DNA of 64,000 nt from an uncultured Gammaproteobacteria bacterium (GTDB lineage: Bacteria > Patescibacteriota > Microgenomatia > CAZETR01 > Amesbacteraceae). A model generated the notes under the pieces. That model saw only the letters and a list, made by a program, of their open reading frames with translations, did no database searches and had not been told where the DNA came from. The position numbers and the translations under genes are program-made. Shown here in pieces: positions 45,145-55,971 of the stretch. The stretch covers positions 11,220 through 75,219 of the forward strand of contig CAYHNU010000001.1 in the NCBI GenBank assembly GCA_964358085.1, in the 5' to 3' direction. Position 1 is the first letter of the stretch; every line of letters starts with the position of its first letter.

Positions 45145-46207
45145 TTAAATTAGCTAAAAAGATAGATGCCGTTTTTTTCCAACTGAAAGCAGAAGCACGT
45201 TTTAATCCCTTTTCTTTAAGGCTATTTCGAAGGTTCTTGTCTTTTAAAGTTTTAAGCATTGCCGTTGTTAACTCCGTTTGGTTTTTCACCAAAATTCCTG
45301 CATCTCCTACTAATTCCGTAAGCGAAGAATTGGCATATGAGATCACCGGAGTCCCACACTTCATGGCTTCTAAAATAGGCAGGCCAAATCCTTCGTACAG
45401 TGAAGTACAAACAAATATGTCTGCTCCACAATATAAACTAGACAATTGGGAATAATCTGGCCTGCAAACGTAGATAATTTTATCGTAAATACCTAATTTT
45501 TTTGATAACTGAACGATTTCTTGATAATTTTTGCCTTCTGTGATGCCCACAATTACCAATTGAAGGGATTTATTTAACTGTTCACATACTTCCGAAAAAG
45601 CCAATAATAAGTCGACCATATTTTTTCGAGGAATGAATGTGCCGGGAAATGCAAGGGCAAACGGTTGATTAATGTTGTATTGTTTTAAATTGATCACTAT
45701 TTTCTGAGTAGGTTGAATACAAATTTCATCTGGTGAAGCAAGAGGGGTTATAAAAATCTTATGGGGGTCAATTTTTAGAATTTTAATAATGTCGTTTTTG
45801 GAGTTTTTGGAGAATGTAGATATCTTTACAGCTCTGTGAGCTGAAATAAAATACATGATAAATAAATAAATCTTAGTTATACCCAAGATACCAGAATCGT
45901 AAACAAACGACATGTCTGGAATAGTCAGGACTATGGGAACAGAAAGTAAAAATGGTATGGGTGGATTTAAAAAAATACCTATGTTGAATTTTTTTTCTCT
46001 AAATACATTAAACAATTTAATTTGTAACCAATATTGTTCGCTGATCAACCACCACAACCCTCCCCAACGCTTTGTTGTTTGATCTTTTAAAATAAAATAT
46101 TGATTTTTCTTGTCAATTATTCGTAGATTATTAATCAACCTTTGGGCATAGACGGCCATACCACCTTTGTGGTTAGATACAATTCTAAAGTCTACTCCAA
46201 TATTCAT
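45134..46207 (-). CDS. GT4 glycosyltransferase
   Basis: 'MNIGVDFRIV...', 'VCTSLYEGFGLPILEAMKCGTPVISYANSSLTELVGD'. Confidence 0.6.
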   Translation of the reverse strand: MNIGVDFRIVSNHKGGMAVYAQRLINNLRIIDKKNQYFILKDQTTKRWGGLWWLISEQYWLQIKLFNVFREKKFNIGIFLNPPIPFLLSVPIVLTIPDMSFVYDSGILGITKIYLFIMYFISAHRAVKISTFSKNSKNDIIKILKIDPHKIFITPLASPDEICIQPTQKIVINLKQYNINQPFALAFPGTFIPRKNMVDLLLAFSEVCEQLNKSLQLVIVGITEGKNYQEIVQLSKKLGIYDKIIYVCRPDYSQLSSLYCGADIFVCTSLYEGFGLPILEAMKCGTPVISYANSSLTELVGDAGILVKNQTELTTAMLKTLKDKNLRNSLKEKGLKRASAFSWKKTASIFLANLNAI

Positions 46208-46223
46208 ATGTTAAGATTCTAGC

Positions 46224-48449
46224 ATGAGAAAAGTAATTATTATTCTAATAATATTGGCACTCGGTATTACCCCATTACTTACACAGGGTAATTTATATTT
46301 TGTAGGAGGAGACGACATGAGACTTTACTACATGTATCCCAAGGAATACATCCAAAATTTACTTTTGAATATAGTAACCGACAATTCAATTAGTGGAGGC
46401 AATATGGGCTACTATCCTGCCACCCATCCGGTTCCTCTAGTTGCATTAATATGGTTGGTAAAGACGCTAGTGCCTGCTAATACGCAGTTTGTTATGTATG
46501 GAATAAATTGGTCATTGTCCTTCCTCTTCTTCTACTTATTAATGGGTTTCTGGATATCAGATAAGTCTCGATTCAGTTTTTTTGCCAAAGTGGCTTCATG
46601 TCTGATTTATATATTTTCCCCATTTCTGTTCATGACCTTCTATAAACATCAAATGATCGTATTATTTTTAATAACCGCTTTCCCGGGGGTATTATATTTT
46701 TTTATCAAAAGTGTTCGACAACGTAATCCCCTATACGTTTTTTCGGCTTGTTTAATAATCTCTATCTTTAGTACTAATCTAAGCTCAATTCCGTGGATGC
46801 TTCCAATGTTTATTACAAGTACCCCATTGTTGTTTTGGGAGTTTTATAAGGACAAAAAGACTTTCTTTTGGCATGCCATTATTTTTGTAATTTGCTACTT
46901 TTTATTAAATATTTCCTGGATATTCCATTTAGTTTACTTGACTATCTATAATACTGGTTTAGTAGATGGTTTGAGTAGCTATCTTACGCCAGAGTTTTTG
47001 AAAGCAAATATTGCTGGTATTTTGGGGACATCCCGCCAATACAGTCCACTTAATGGTGTAGTTAGTCAACTGGTTATTGGGCTTACAAAAAACCTAACTA
47101 TAGTTTCATATGTCAATTTAATATTTATTTTCTTGATTGTTGCAGCTGGAGTTTTTATCAAAAAAGAGAGAAACAATATTTTAATTTCAGGATTCATTTT
47201 GGGTTTATTATCGCTACTTATTTCATGGATCATGTTAGCTCCCAATATTCAGACTTGGGGGCCTGATGCGTTCATCTGGTTATCTCTTAGAGTGCCCTTC
47301 TTTACCATGTTTAGAAATATGTCTGATAAATTTGCCTTACCAATGGCCTTTTTTTATGCTCTAACTTTGGGATCAAGCTTGGTAATTTTGGCCAATAGGT
47401 TTGCCAACAAGGCCTTACGATTGATTGTGCGTTGTTCGCTAAGTGTTGTAATTTTGATAAATATTTATCCACTACTGCAAAATCGATCTGAACATGTTGG
47501 GGTGGCAGCCAAGATGTCAGGTAGTTTTAATGATGATTTTAATGCCTTGGCTGATTATTTATTGACGTTAAAGAACCCATCAAGAATATTGTGGTTGCCA
47601 CTAAACTTTCCATCTTTTATTAATATTGAAGACAAGTATAATCCCGGTCATTATTACTCTGGCCCTTCACCCTTGCGTTTTTTAAGCAATCGTCAAGATT
47701 ATGCTGGACAATTTAGTTTTATTTCTTCAAATGACTTTGGAATTGCTGATAAGATTTTTCCTATGATAGATGCCAAAGATTTTAAAAGTTTTGGCAAACT
47801 AATTCAATTACGAAACGCGAGATATATCATTTTAGATAAGCAACAGCTTCCGGAGACTATGAAGCCATATCTTTATAACCACTACAGCATTGAATATGGG
47901 AAGTTAAAGATGCAAACAGAAGAATTTGTTAATGAATTCATTGGAAAGAAGCTTCAAGAATTTGGCACACGCTATGTTTTATATGAGATTAATCCGAAAT
48001 ATAATAATGATCGAATATATTTAACTGATAGTTACGAAATTTTTCCTAAAAACTTGCCAAATATTGAATACGAAAAAGTATCTGATTCTTTATACAATAT
48101 TAGCCTGAAAAGTATTAGTAAATCACGGAAATTAGTGTTTTTGGACTCTTACTATAAAGATTGGACACTTTATGTAAAAGGAGATTCAGAGACAAAGGCA
48201 TACCAAAAAGGTAAAAACGTTCCTGTCCAAGGATTTGCCAACGGTTGGGAAATTAATTTAGATGAGATTATAAAGAATTTTTCCAAGGGTTACTATACTA
48301 CCAACATGGACGGGTCAATAAATATTAAAATGACTCTCTACTTCGAACCCAGCAAATATAACAAGCCTACGCGTATTATTAGCGCGATGACCTTTGTAAT
48401 ACTTGGTTTGTCTCAATTGATTTTACTTGCAAAAAGAAACAATGTTTAA
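46224..48449 (+). CDS. Giant polytopic membrane protein, paralog 1 of 3 (GT-C-like; YfhO/AftD-type architecture hypothesis)
   Basis: 741 aa. 'LYFVGGDDMRLYYMYPKEY', 'FRNMSDKFALPMAFFYAL', C-terminal 'VQGFANGWEINLDEI'. More than 12 TM segments plus a C-terminal soluble domain. Confidence 0.55.
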   Translation: MRKVIIILIILALGITPLLTQGNLYFVGGDDMRLYYMYPKEYIQNLLLNIVTDNSISGGNMGYYPATHPVPLVALIWLVKTLVPANTQFVMYGINWSLSFLFFYLLMGFWISDKSRFSFFAKVASCLIYIFSPFLFMTFYKHQMIVLFLITAFPGVLYFFIKSVRQRNPLYVFSACLIISIFSTNLSSIPWMLPMFITSTPLLFWEFYKDKKTFFWHAIIFVICYFLLNISWIFHLVYLTIYNTGLVDGLSSYLTPEFLKANIAGILGTSRQYSPLNGVVSQLVIGLTKNLTIVSYVNLIFIFLIVAAGVFIKKERNNILISGFILGLLSLLISWIMLAPNIQTWGPDAFIWLSLRVPFFTMFRNMSDKFALPMAFFYALTLGSSLVILANRFANKALRLIVRCSLSVVILINIYPLLQNRSEHVGVAAKMSGSFNDDFNALADYLLTLKNPSRILWLPLNFPSFINIEDKYNPGHYYSGPSPLRFLSNRQDYAGQFSFISSNDFGIADKIFPMIDAKDFKSFGKLIQLRNARYIILDKQQLPETMKPYLYNHYSIEYGKLKMQTEEFVNEFIGKKLQEFGTRYVLYEINPKYNNDRIYLTDSYEIFPKNLPNIEYEKVSDSLYNISLKSISKSRKLVFLDSYYKDWTLYVKGDSETKAYQKGKNVPVQGFANGWEINLDEIIKNFSKGYYTTNMDGSINIKMTLYFEPSKYNKPTRIISAMTFVILGLSQLILLAKRNNV

Positions 48450-51400
48450 TTTCGTATTTTTTGTCAGGCTATTGGCAATTTGGGGAACGATTTTAGTTGT
48501 TTTTACTACTTTTTCTGTATACCAAGATATTAAACAGAATAAGCTGCTGAATTATACCGATACATATTCATCTTCTTCGGTGGATATTAAATCAGAATAT
48601 AAATCTTCTGGTATTTTAAAGTACGTATTTAAATTTTTGGCGCATGATGACTATCTTGGAACAATGACGTTTAAGTATTTCCGTCTTCGGGAAAATCAAG
48701 GACAGGTAATTTTTAGAATTAAAGAAATCTCTCAAAAAGATTGGTATGCTGAAAACCGTTATGATTTCTCTTACTTCGTCAATGATGATATTTATCAATT
48801 TGGTTTTCCTGAAATAAAAAATTCCAAAGGCAAACAGTTTATTGTTGAATTTGAAATTGTTTCCCAGACATTAATGAAAGATCAGAGATCACTAGACCTA
48901 AAGACAGCACCAATTTTAACCGTTAAATACGTATTTCCGCGCGATACTTACTACAAATCAGTTGGGAAGCTGTCAACAATTGTTTTAAACAGATCCATTT
49001 CAGTATTGACCGAGATGGATTATGTTAAGGTGTTTATTTCTTCGTTCCTAATTGCCATGTTTTTCCTTATTGCCCTTAGTCGTCAAGAAAATGAAACCGG
49101 GCCAAAAATAATAATTCGACAAAAGGTTTTACAAAAAAACGTACAAATTTTGAGTAATTGGACAAATAAAATTAATCCCTTTATTGTCCCTGGAGTTGTT
49201 TTGATAATCTTGTCGTTAGGATTTGTCTCTGGTAATTATGTATTGGCTGAACGAATGTCAGTTCAATTGTGGGCTACCTTATTTGGAAGTGTTGTTTTTT
49301 ACATTCTTCAGGTAACTATCTTTAATAGGCTGTCAAATTTGATAAAACATATTAATACAATTAGTGCTAATACTCTATCGATTTTGGACGACTTAATGAA
49401 CAAAAAACTTTTGTTATTAATGGGGACACTGTTTGTAATAGTATCGGGTATGTCTGCCACATATTATTTAGGTGGAGATGATTCCCGTTTATTTTACTTA
49501 TACCCTCAAGAATTTTTGGACAACTATATATCTAAAATTGTGTCCGATACTGGAGTTAGTCAACTTACAAACCTTATTCCTCCAACATCATTATCGGCCT
49601 TTACGATAATTATGATAGGCCTAAGAAACATATTGTATCAGTTCAATCTTCAGGCGTTGTTAAATTCGGCAAATCTTGTAGGTGGATTTTTTGCCTTTTA
49701 TTATTTATTAAATTACTTATTGAAACCAACAGATAAATACGAACGCGTAATTTGCGTCTTGGCTTCGTTTATGTATGTTTTTTCTATTTTTAATTTTTAT
49801 ACTCTATTAAATTCCAGATTGATAGCGGAATATTTAATAAGCTTGTTTCCACTATCTTTATATTTAGGTATTAAGGCAATACGTGAAGGAAAATTTTATT
49901 TATTTATTTTGGCTACACTTATTTGGTCGGCCTTTAGTTTCCTTTCCGTCACTCTTCCTTTATCTGGCGCAGTTTTGATTACTTCTATTCCTTTACTTAT
50001 TTTCGCGACATGGAAACACAAAATCAGGATAATTGCATATTTAGTGGGAGCAGGTCTACTGTTTGCTGTTCTAAATTTACATTGGTTTATGTTTATCCCG
50101 TATACAAACTTTTCTAAAAACATACCCGGTTCGTATACACCAAGCCTTACTTCTGTGGAATTCCGCAAGCAAAATGAGATTGGTATCAGAACAGTTTCCG
50201 ACATAAATAATAGTTTCTTTCCATTGCTAAATTCGTATCATCGAAAAATTCAGATAAATTTTAATTGGCCCCATTTACCTATATATTTATCTTGGTATTC
50301 AAAAATCTTAATACTTGGATATTTATTGATAGCTGTAGTCATCATAGCCGGCATTAGGATAGAAAAGAATAAACAAAGAAAAGGTATTTATGTTGCCTTA
50401 GTGATTAATTTTGTTTTAGCCGTTTATTTTTTTACGGTCAACATTGGTCCTTGGGGAGTTGATGTATTCTTGTGGTTGTCTAATCATATTCCTGGGTTTG
50501 TAATTTTCCGCAACATGTTTGATAAATTCGCATATGCAATGGCATTCCAATGGGCATTCTTAATTTCAGTCAGCTTAATTGTCATTGTTAAGTCCATTAA
50601 AAAAACTATGTTTAAAGAATATTTGTTATTTGCAATTTTTTTGATTGCAATAATCAATGCCAAACCCTTCCTTTTGAGAGAATTTGTAAATCTGCCGTAC
50701 TGGACTAGTAAATATAGCCATGATGGGATTACAGCTTTTAATAGTGATTATTTAGATTTGCTAAAATTTGTAAAAAATCAAGATGGCGTTGGTCGTTATT
50801 TATCACTACCTTTGTTAACTGGCAATAGTGTGATTGTAGAGGGAGAAAAACAAAAGGACCATTATTACGCTGGTGTATCACCACTTTTATTATTAACTGG
50901 TAAGAACGATATGTCTGGACTAATGAGCTTTGGTGAACATTCAAATAAAGTTTTTAAATGGCTTACTAAAAAAGATTACGATAGTTTTGGACAATTATTA
51001 CAACAATATAACGTTAAATATATAATTTTAAGTAACTCAACGTCTGAAGATCTTCAGCCAAGTTTCATGTTTTCTGATGGTTTGTTTTACTTGCAGACTA
51101 AAAGTTTTTATCAAAGCATAATTGGTCAGAAAGTAAGAGATTTTGGATCCAGGTACAGTTTATTTGAAATAAATTCTAAATATTTAAGTGAAAAGATATA
51201 TATTACCGATAGCCCTGGATCGTTTGTAAATCAAGAGGCCAATTTGTCTTTTAAAAAACTTGCTACTCATGAATATGAAATCGAAGTCTCGGATCTTAGA
51301 AAACAACTTTCACTGGTATTCTTAGACCCTTATCTTAAAGAATGGCAATTGCTCACACCGAGTGGAAAAGAACTGTCCACTGAATATCATCACCCTGTTT

Positions 51401-51630
51401 TTGGCTACGCCAATTTATGGGAAATTAATCCTCAAATTATTCAGATTGACTTTCCTAAGTCAGATTATCAAATAATGTCAGATGGAAGTTTGAAATTAAA
51501 GTTAAAGCTATACTTTCAACCATATAATTATTTTTGGACAGTAAATATTATATCTGCATCGGCATATGCGTTAGGAATAGCTTATGTATTGTTATCTATA
51601 TTCATTAAATTTATTAAAAAACAGAAATGA
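48442..51630 (+). CDS. Giant polytopic membrane protein, paralog 2 of 3 (extra N-terminal soluble domain)
   Basis: About 1062 aa. 'YYLGGDDSRLFYLYPQEF', 'FRNMFDKFAYAMAFQWAF', C-terminal 'VFGYANLWEINPQI'. ATG at 48442 (TTG alternative at 48427). Very AT-rich. Confidence 0.55.
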   Translation: MFNFVFFVRLLAIWGTILVVFTTFSVYQDIKQNKLLNYTDTYSSSSVDIKSEYKSSGILKYVFKFLAHDDYLGTMTFKYFRLRENQGQVIFRIKEISQKDWYAENRYDFSYFVNDDIYQFGFPEIKNSKGKQFIVEFEIVSQTLMKDQRSLDLKTAPILTVKYVFPRDTYYKSVGKLSTIVLNRSISVLTEMDYVKVFISSFLIAMFFLIALSRQENETGPKIIIRQKVLQKNVQILSNWTNKINPFIVPGVVLIILSLGFVSGNYVLAERMSVQLWATLFGSVVFYILQVTIFNRLSNLIKHINTISANTLSILDDLMNKKLLLLMGTLFVIVSGMSATYYLGGDDSRLFYLYPQEFLDNYISKIVSDTGVSQLTNLIPPTSLSAFTIIMIGLRNILYQFNLQALLNSANLVGGFFAFYYLLNYLLKPTDKYERVICVLASFMYVFSIFNFYTLLNSRLIAEYLISLFPLSLYLGIKAIREGKFYLFILATLIWSAFSFLSVTLPLSGAVLITSIPLLIFATWKHKIRIIAYLVGAGLLFAVLNLHWFMFIPYTNFSKNIPGSYTPSLTSVEFRKQNEIGIRTVSDINNSFFPLLNSYHRKIQINFNWPHLPIYLSWYSKILILGYLLIAVVIIAGIRIEKNKQRKGIYVALVINFVLAVYFFTVNIGPWGVDVFLWLSNHIPGFVIFRNMFDKFAYAMAFQWAFLISVSLIVIVKSIKKTMFKEYLLFAIFLIAIINAKPFLLREFVNLPYWTSKYSHDGITAFNSDYLDLLKFVKNQDGVGRYLSLPLLTGNSVIVEGEKQKDHYYAGVSPLLLLTGKNDMSGLMSFGEHSNKVFKWLTKKDYDSFGQLLQQYNVKYIILSNSTSEDLQPSFMFSDGLFYLQTKSFYQSIIGQKVRDFGSRYSLFEINSKYLSEKIYITDSPGSFVNQEANLSFKKLATHEYEIEVSDLRKQLSLVFLDPYLKEWQLLTPSGKELSTEYHHPVFGYANLWEINPQIIQIDFPKSDYQIMSDGSLKLKLKLYFQPYNYFWTVNIISASAYALGIAYVLLSIFIKFIKKQK

Positions 51631-51926
51631 TTGTATTAATGATTATTTTGGTTTTTTTTGATGCGTTTTTTTTGCCCGCTAAAAATCTCTTTTCCAATTT
51701 AATTTTTGTTTTAATCTTAGGGTTGGGAATTTGGAAAATCCATTATTATAAAAATTGGTTCATGTTGTCTTTAGTTTTTATTACCGCAGCAGTTGTCTTT
51801 TATTTGATTGGTAGTGAGTCTGCAAATGAAGTTATTGTCCAGAAGTTTTCGGACTGGACATTGATATCATTATTATTGGGTGCGTTGCGGTTGATCAAAT
51901 TACCAAATGATAAAAATAGGATTTAG
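51627..51926 (+). CDS. Small hypothetical membrane protein
   Basis: 99 aa with 3 hydrophobic segments. ATGA overlap with the upstream stop. Confidence 0.3.
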   Translation: MIVLMIILVFFDAFFLPAKNLFSNLIFVLILGLGIWKIHYYKNWFMLSLVFITAAVVFYLIGSESANEVIVQKFSDWTLISLLLGALRLIKLPNDKNRI

Positions 51927-52064
51927 TTTTTTTTCGTTTTTTTTGGCTTTAACAAGTCTTCTGTTGTGGTTTGGAAAGACGGCTAAAGCTCAATTTTTGA
52001 TAGAGATAGCTTTTGGCGTGATTGCAACATGTTTAGTTAGTTATTTATTTAGATTGACCAGAAA

Positions 52065-54647
52065 ATGATTCCCTTAATCGGTGCACATGACTTTCCATAT
52101 CTTTTTTTAGATCAAGCTGCTGGCCTGTTTAGATTGCCTCTTACTTGGGCGACACAAAGCCATGACTCTCTGGGGGTATTTACTTTATCTACTCTCTGGA
52201 ATTGGCCATACGGACTTCTTTACGGATTGGCTGGAAAAATCGGCTTAAACTTTACTCTTTCTACATTATTTTTCGGCATTCTCCCCGTATTTATCTTAGG
52301 CTGGTTTACTATTGGCAAACTACTCAAAAGCCATTCTCTCTCATCTCCTGCAAGATTTGTGGGTCAATTCCTATTTATAGCCAACACATACATCCTGATG
52401 CTCATTGATGGAGGCCAACTTAGTCTGGCCGTAGCCTATTCTTTCTTCCCTCTGGTTATTCTTTATCTTCCCTCCCGATTAAACTTTGTTTTGGCTATCA
52501 TTGCCATATCTTTCCTCGATATTCGTTATTTATACATCTTATTTATACCCATTGGCTTAAAAATATTTTTCGATTTTCGTCATACATTTAAATACTTAAT
52601 TACCGGATTATTCACGGGCTTAATTCTTATAGGTCTTCATAGTTATTGGATTTTGCCTTCCATCCTCTCCAAAGGTCCCTCTTTGCCCTCTACTTATACT
52701 CGTCCTGCTCAAGTAGACGCCCTTAGTTTTGCTAGCCTCTCTCATGCCTTTCTGTTGATTCATCCTCACTGGCCAAAGAATATTTTCGGCCAAGTAGCTA
52801 CTCCGTCGCCCTATTTCCTTCTCCTACCCATCCTTACCTTCCTTCCATTAGTCGTGTTTCGCAAAAATGTCACAATTGGTTATTGGTCAACACTAGCCAT
52901 CATCGCAGCCTTTCTTGTGAAGGGGAGTGGCTCACCTTTTCCTCAAGTATATAGTTGGTTGTTCTCTCATATTCCTGGTTTTTCTCTTTTTCGCGATCCG
53001 ACAAAATTTTTCCCCTTACTCGCCTTGTCATATAGTGTGTTGATCGCCTTTTCGGCAGACTTTATCTACATGCGCCGCAGGTCTTGGTTTATATTTATTC
53101 CTTTGTATTTAACGCTCCTGTTGGTCCCTATTTTTTTAGGTGAAACAACCGGCTTGTTTTCAAAAGCTCGTAATCAAGACTCTTATCTCAAGTTGGCAAG
53201 CTTTATGAACAACGATCTTTCTCCCGGAAGCTTGCTATGGGTGCCCTCCAAACCCCCCCTTGGCTATTCCAGCCCCACCCATCCGTCCATAGACGCCTTA
53301 ACTTTACTCGACAAAAGACCATTCGCCACTGGGGTGGTAGGTAGCTATGAACTCTTAAACTTTCTACGCGACGCTACCTATTCGGGAGAGCTTCTCAATA
53401 TCGCATCCATAAAATATTTAGCCATATCTAGCGTTGATCCCAAAAGGGACAGCTTAAAAATTGAAGACATTCAATACCGCGATATTTTTACTAAACAACT
53501 AACCTCCTTACCTTGGGTCAGCTCATATCAGAAATTTGGTCCTGTCACCCTCTTGCAAACCAAAATCCATCAACCCCTCTTTTTTATTCCGTCTACTACA
53601 ACTTTTGTGGTCGGTCCCGATGATATTTATAATACAGAAGTTAAATTGAGCAATAAGGCCCTAGTTTTTGTGGAAAGCCAACCTAATCTATTATCTCAAA
53701 TTCGCCAATTTCCTCAAGCCAAAATTCTTTTAAATCATAAAACTAATCTGGATGCAGCTGCCGCCCTTCTCCCCCGCGAAAGCTTTCTCTTTCCCAGCCC
53801 ACTTTTAAATTTTAGTCCTGATTCTTCCGGATGGTGGAAGAGGGAAGCGTCGGATTTAATTTCCTGGCGGGACTTTCTCCAACAAAAGTATAATTTAGAT
53901 AATCAAGATTTTGATTATGGAGGAGGATGGTCGATCTCGGAAGGCGCGCATACTTTAACGGTAAAACAGTCATCCAGTTGCCAATCGGATTGTATTCTTC
54001 TAGCTCGGGTCATGACTAGCCCCCAAGGAGGAAAAATACACTTTTCTAATTCCCAGCAAGCAATAGGTGAAATAGATACTATCAACTCCAATCCATCCCC
54101 ATCCACCATAACTCGTAAACTCACAGGTTATCAAGACACAGCCGACCAAATCTTTACTTACAATCGGGCGGATTTTCTCTGGCATGAAGTTGGCCAGCTA
54201 TCTGATTCCTCGCCAATTAGTATTTCCACCGAAGGCAATATTAATGTTGTAAATTCTCTGGCTGTTATTCCGTCGCGCTCATGGGAAAAACTTAAATCTC
54301 AAGCGGTCCAATTGGTAACAATTGCGTCTTCGCCTTCCAATGACAACCCCCAAGTGTCTTACCAGCAATTAGGCCCCGCTCATTATCGTGTAAAGGTGAC
54401 TGGATTGACCCATCCCGCGACTCTGGCTTTTGTTCAAAATTACGATCCTTTTTGGAAACTATCCGGCCAAACGCCCATTCCTTTATACGGTATGATTAAT
54501 GGCTTTTCCATTCCTGGCGCCGGTGAATATGATCTAATTTTTTCACCGCAGAAATATGTGAATTTTGGATTGGCAATAAGCGTTACAACTCTTCTTGTCT
54601 TGTTATTACTCCTATATAATGGCCATCGTAAACATGATTCAAAATAA
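52065..54647 (+). CDS. Giant polytopic membrane protein, paralog 3 of 3 (large C-terminal soluble domain)
   Basis: 860 aa. 'LFRDPTKFFPLLALSYSV' parallels the FRNMxDKFA motif of paralogs 1 and 2. C-terminal 'LYGMINGFSIPGAGEYDLIF', then a final TM 'LAISVTTLLVLLLLLY'. Confidence 0.5.
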   Translation: MIPLIGAHDFPYLFLDQAAGLFRLPLTWATQSHDSLGVFTLSTLWNWPYGLLYGLAGKIGLNFTLSTLFFGILPVFILGWFTIGKLLKSHSLSSPARFVGQFLFIANTYILMLIDGGQLSLAVAYSFFPLVILYLPSRLNFVLAIIAISFLDIRYLYILFIPIGLKIFFDFRHTFKYLITGLFTGLILIGLHSYWILPSILSKGPSLPSTYTRPAQVDALSFASLSHAFLLIHPHWPKNIFGQVATPSPYFLLLPILTFLPLVVFRKNVTIGYWSTLAIIAAFLVKGSGSPFPQVYSWLFSHIPGFSLFRDPTKFFPLLALSYSVLIAFSADFIYMRRRSWFIFIPLYLTLLLVPIFLGETTGLFSKARNQDSYLKLASFMNNDLSPGSLLWVPSKPPLGYSSPTHPSIDALTLLDKRPFATGVVGSYELLNFLRDATYSGELLNIASIKYLAISSVDPKRDSLKIEDIQYRDIFTKQLTSLPWVSSYQKFGPVTLLQTKIHQPLFFIPSTTTFVVGPDDIYNTEVKLSNKALVFVESQPNLLSQIRQFPQAKILLNHKTNLDAAAALLPRESFLFPSPLLNFSPDSSGWWKREASDLISWRDFLQQKYNLDNQDFDYGGGWSISEGAHTLTVKQSSSCQSDCILLARVMTSPQGGKIHFSNSQQAIGEIDTINSNPSPSTITRKLTGYQDTADQIFTYNRADFLWHEVGQLSDSSPISISTEGNINVVNSLAVIPSRSWEKLKSQAVQLVTIASSPSNDNPQVSYQQLGPAHYRVKVTGLTHPATLAFVQNYDPFWKLSGQTPIPLYGMINGFSIPGAGEYDLIFSPQKYVNFGLAISVTTLLVLLLLLYNGHRKHDSK

Positions 54648-55296
54648 ATATTTGGGATATTTTAAAAAGCATTATCACGCAAAGTTTAGCGCTGAGGATA
54701 TAGAATCATCACAAAAATGGTTATATCCACAATGGAAATTAATCAAAGAAAAGACAACATTATCAAAAAAAAGCAAAGTGCTGGAAATTGGCGCAGGTTT
54801 TGGAGGTTTCTATAGTTATTTATCTCAAGTGATCGAAGGTAACTCGTATACGGGTATAGAATTAGATAAAGAAGTTGTTAAATTTTGTAAGGATTTTTTT
54901 AAAACCGGAAACTTTACGAACATAAGCATCGAGAGATTCAACTCCAAAAATAAGTTCAACTACATTTTTGCCTTCGAAGTTCTCGAGCACCTAAATGATC
55001 CTTTTGAAACCATTGGTAAAATACACTCTTTACTAGACAAAACAGGTGTATTTGTAGGAACTTCTCCTTACCCATATCTAAAAAATGTTTTTGCCGATCG
55101 CACGCATAGATACGTACTCCATCCTGTAAATTGGACTAAACTTTTTATAGAGGCAGGTTTCAAGCATGTTTCGATTTATCCTATGAGTTTCATACCGTTT
55201 ATTTGGAGACTCAATAAACATCTTAATTTTAGAATACCATTTTATATTCCTTTCAATGGTTTTATTTCCACTGCCCTTATAATTGCATCAAAATGA
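54595..55296 (+). CDS. Class I SAM-dependent methyltransferase
   Basis: 'VLEIGAGFGGFYSYL', 'FNYIFAFEVLEHLNDP'. Start uncertain (54595, 54619 or 54634). Confidence 0.55.
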   Translation: MSCYYSYIMAIVNMIQNKYLGYFKKHYHAKFSAEDIESSQKWLYPQWKLIKEKTTLSKKSKVLEIGAGFGGFYSYLSQVIEGNSYTGIELDKEVVKFCKDFFKTGNFTNISIERFNSKNKFNYIFAFEVLEHLNDPFETIGKIHSLLDKTGVFVGTSPYPYLKNVFADRTHRYVLHPVNWTKLFIEAGFKHVSIYPMSFIPFIWRLNKHLNFRIPFYIPFNGFISTALIIASK

Positions 55297-55958
55297 AGGC
55301 AACAGACTTATCCTTATTCAATTTCTATAATCAAAAACATTTGACTGAAATTTCGAAAAAGGGATACTATAAAGAGCTGTCGTTATCCCAAAAACTACAA
55401 ATAATTGATGTTGCTTGTAACGATGGCACATTGACTAAAATATATAATAAATATGGAGATATTTATGGTGTTGATATGAATAAGAGATCGGTTACGGCCT
55501 GTAGAAAAAAGGGTATAGTTTGCATACATTCAGATATTGATTCTTTACCAGTAAAGTATCAGAATAAATTTGATGTTGTGGTTGCCACGGATATAATTGA
55601 ACATGTATTTAATACTGACAAATTCTTAATTAATCTAAAGAAGCTTCTTAGACCATGTGGGACATTACTGCTTACTACGGCAAACGTGGCCTCTATCGGC
55701 AGAAGAATAATGCTACTTCTTGGCAAGAATCCATTTCTAGAATATTCGACTAGATATCCAAATGTCGAAATTAACGTGGGTCACATTCGATACTACACAG
55801 TAAAAGATATGAAGATTCAACGGTCAGGATTGGGATTTAAGGACATCCGTATATATGGTGACAAGATAAATATTACAAGCACTATTTCGATTCCTCATGT
55901 AATTGCAAAGTGGTTTCCAAATATCTCCAGATACATGTTTGTGGAGTGCAGGATATAA
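55293..55958 (+). CDS. Class I SAM-dependent methyltransferase
   Basis: 'IIDVACNDGTLTKI', 'FDVVVATDIIEHVFNTD', 'LRPCGTLLLTT'. ATGA overlap. Confidence 0.55.
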   Translation: MKATDLSLFNFYNQKHLTEISKKGYYKELSLSQKLQIIDVACNDGTLTKIYNKYGDIYGVDMNKRSVTACRKKGIVCIHSDIDSLPVKYQNKFDVVVATDIIEHVFNTDKFLINLKKLLRPCGTLLLTTANVASIGRRIMLLLGKNPFLEYSTRYPNVEINVGHIRYYTVKDMKIQRSGLGFKDIRIYGDKINITSTISIPHVIAKWFPNISRYMFVECRI

Positions 55959-55971
55959 TTGTGTAGAGCAA

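Noticed and set aside
51927-52064. Possible terminator or regulatory element in the only gap of about 140 bp (T-runs after 51926)
   Set aside because: It contains T-rich stretches (ttttttttcgttttttttgg) but I could not identify a convincing GC-rich stem preceding them. Left uncalled.
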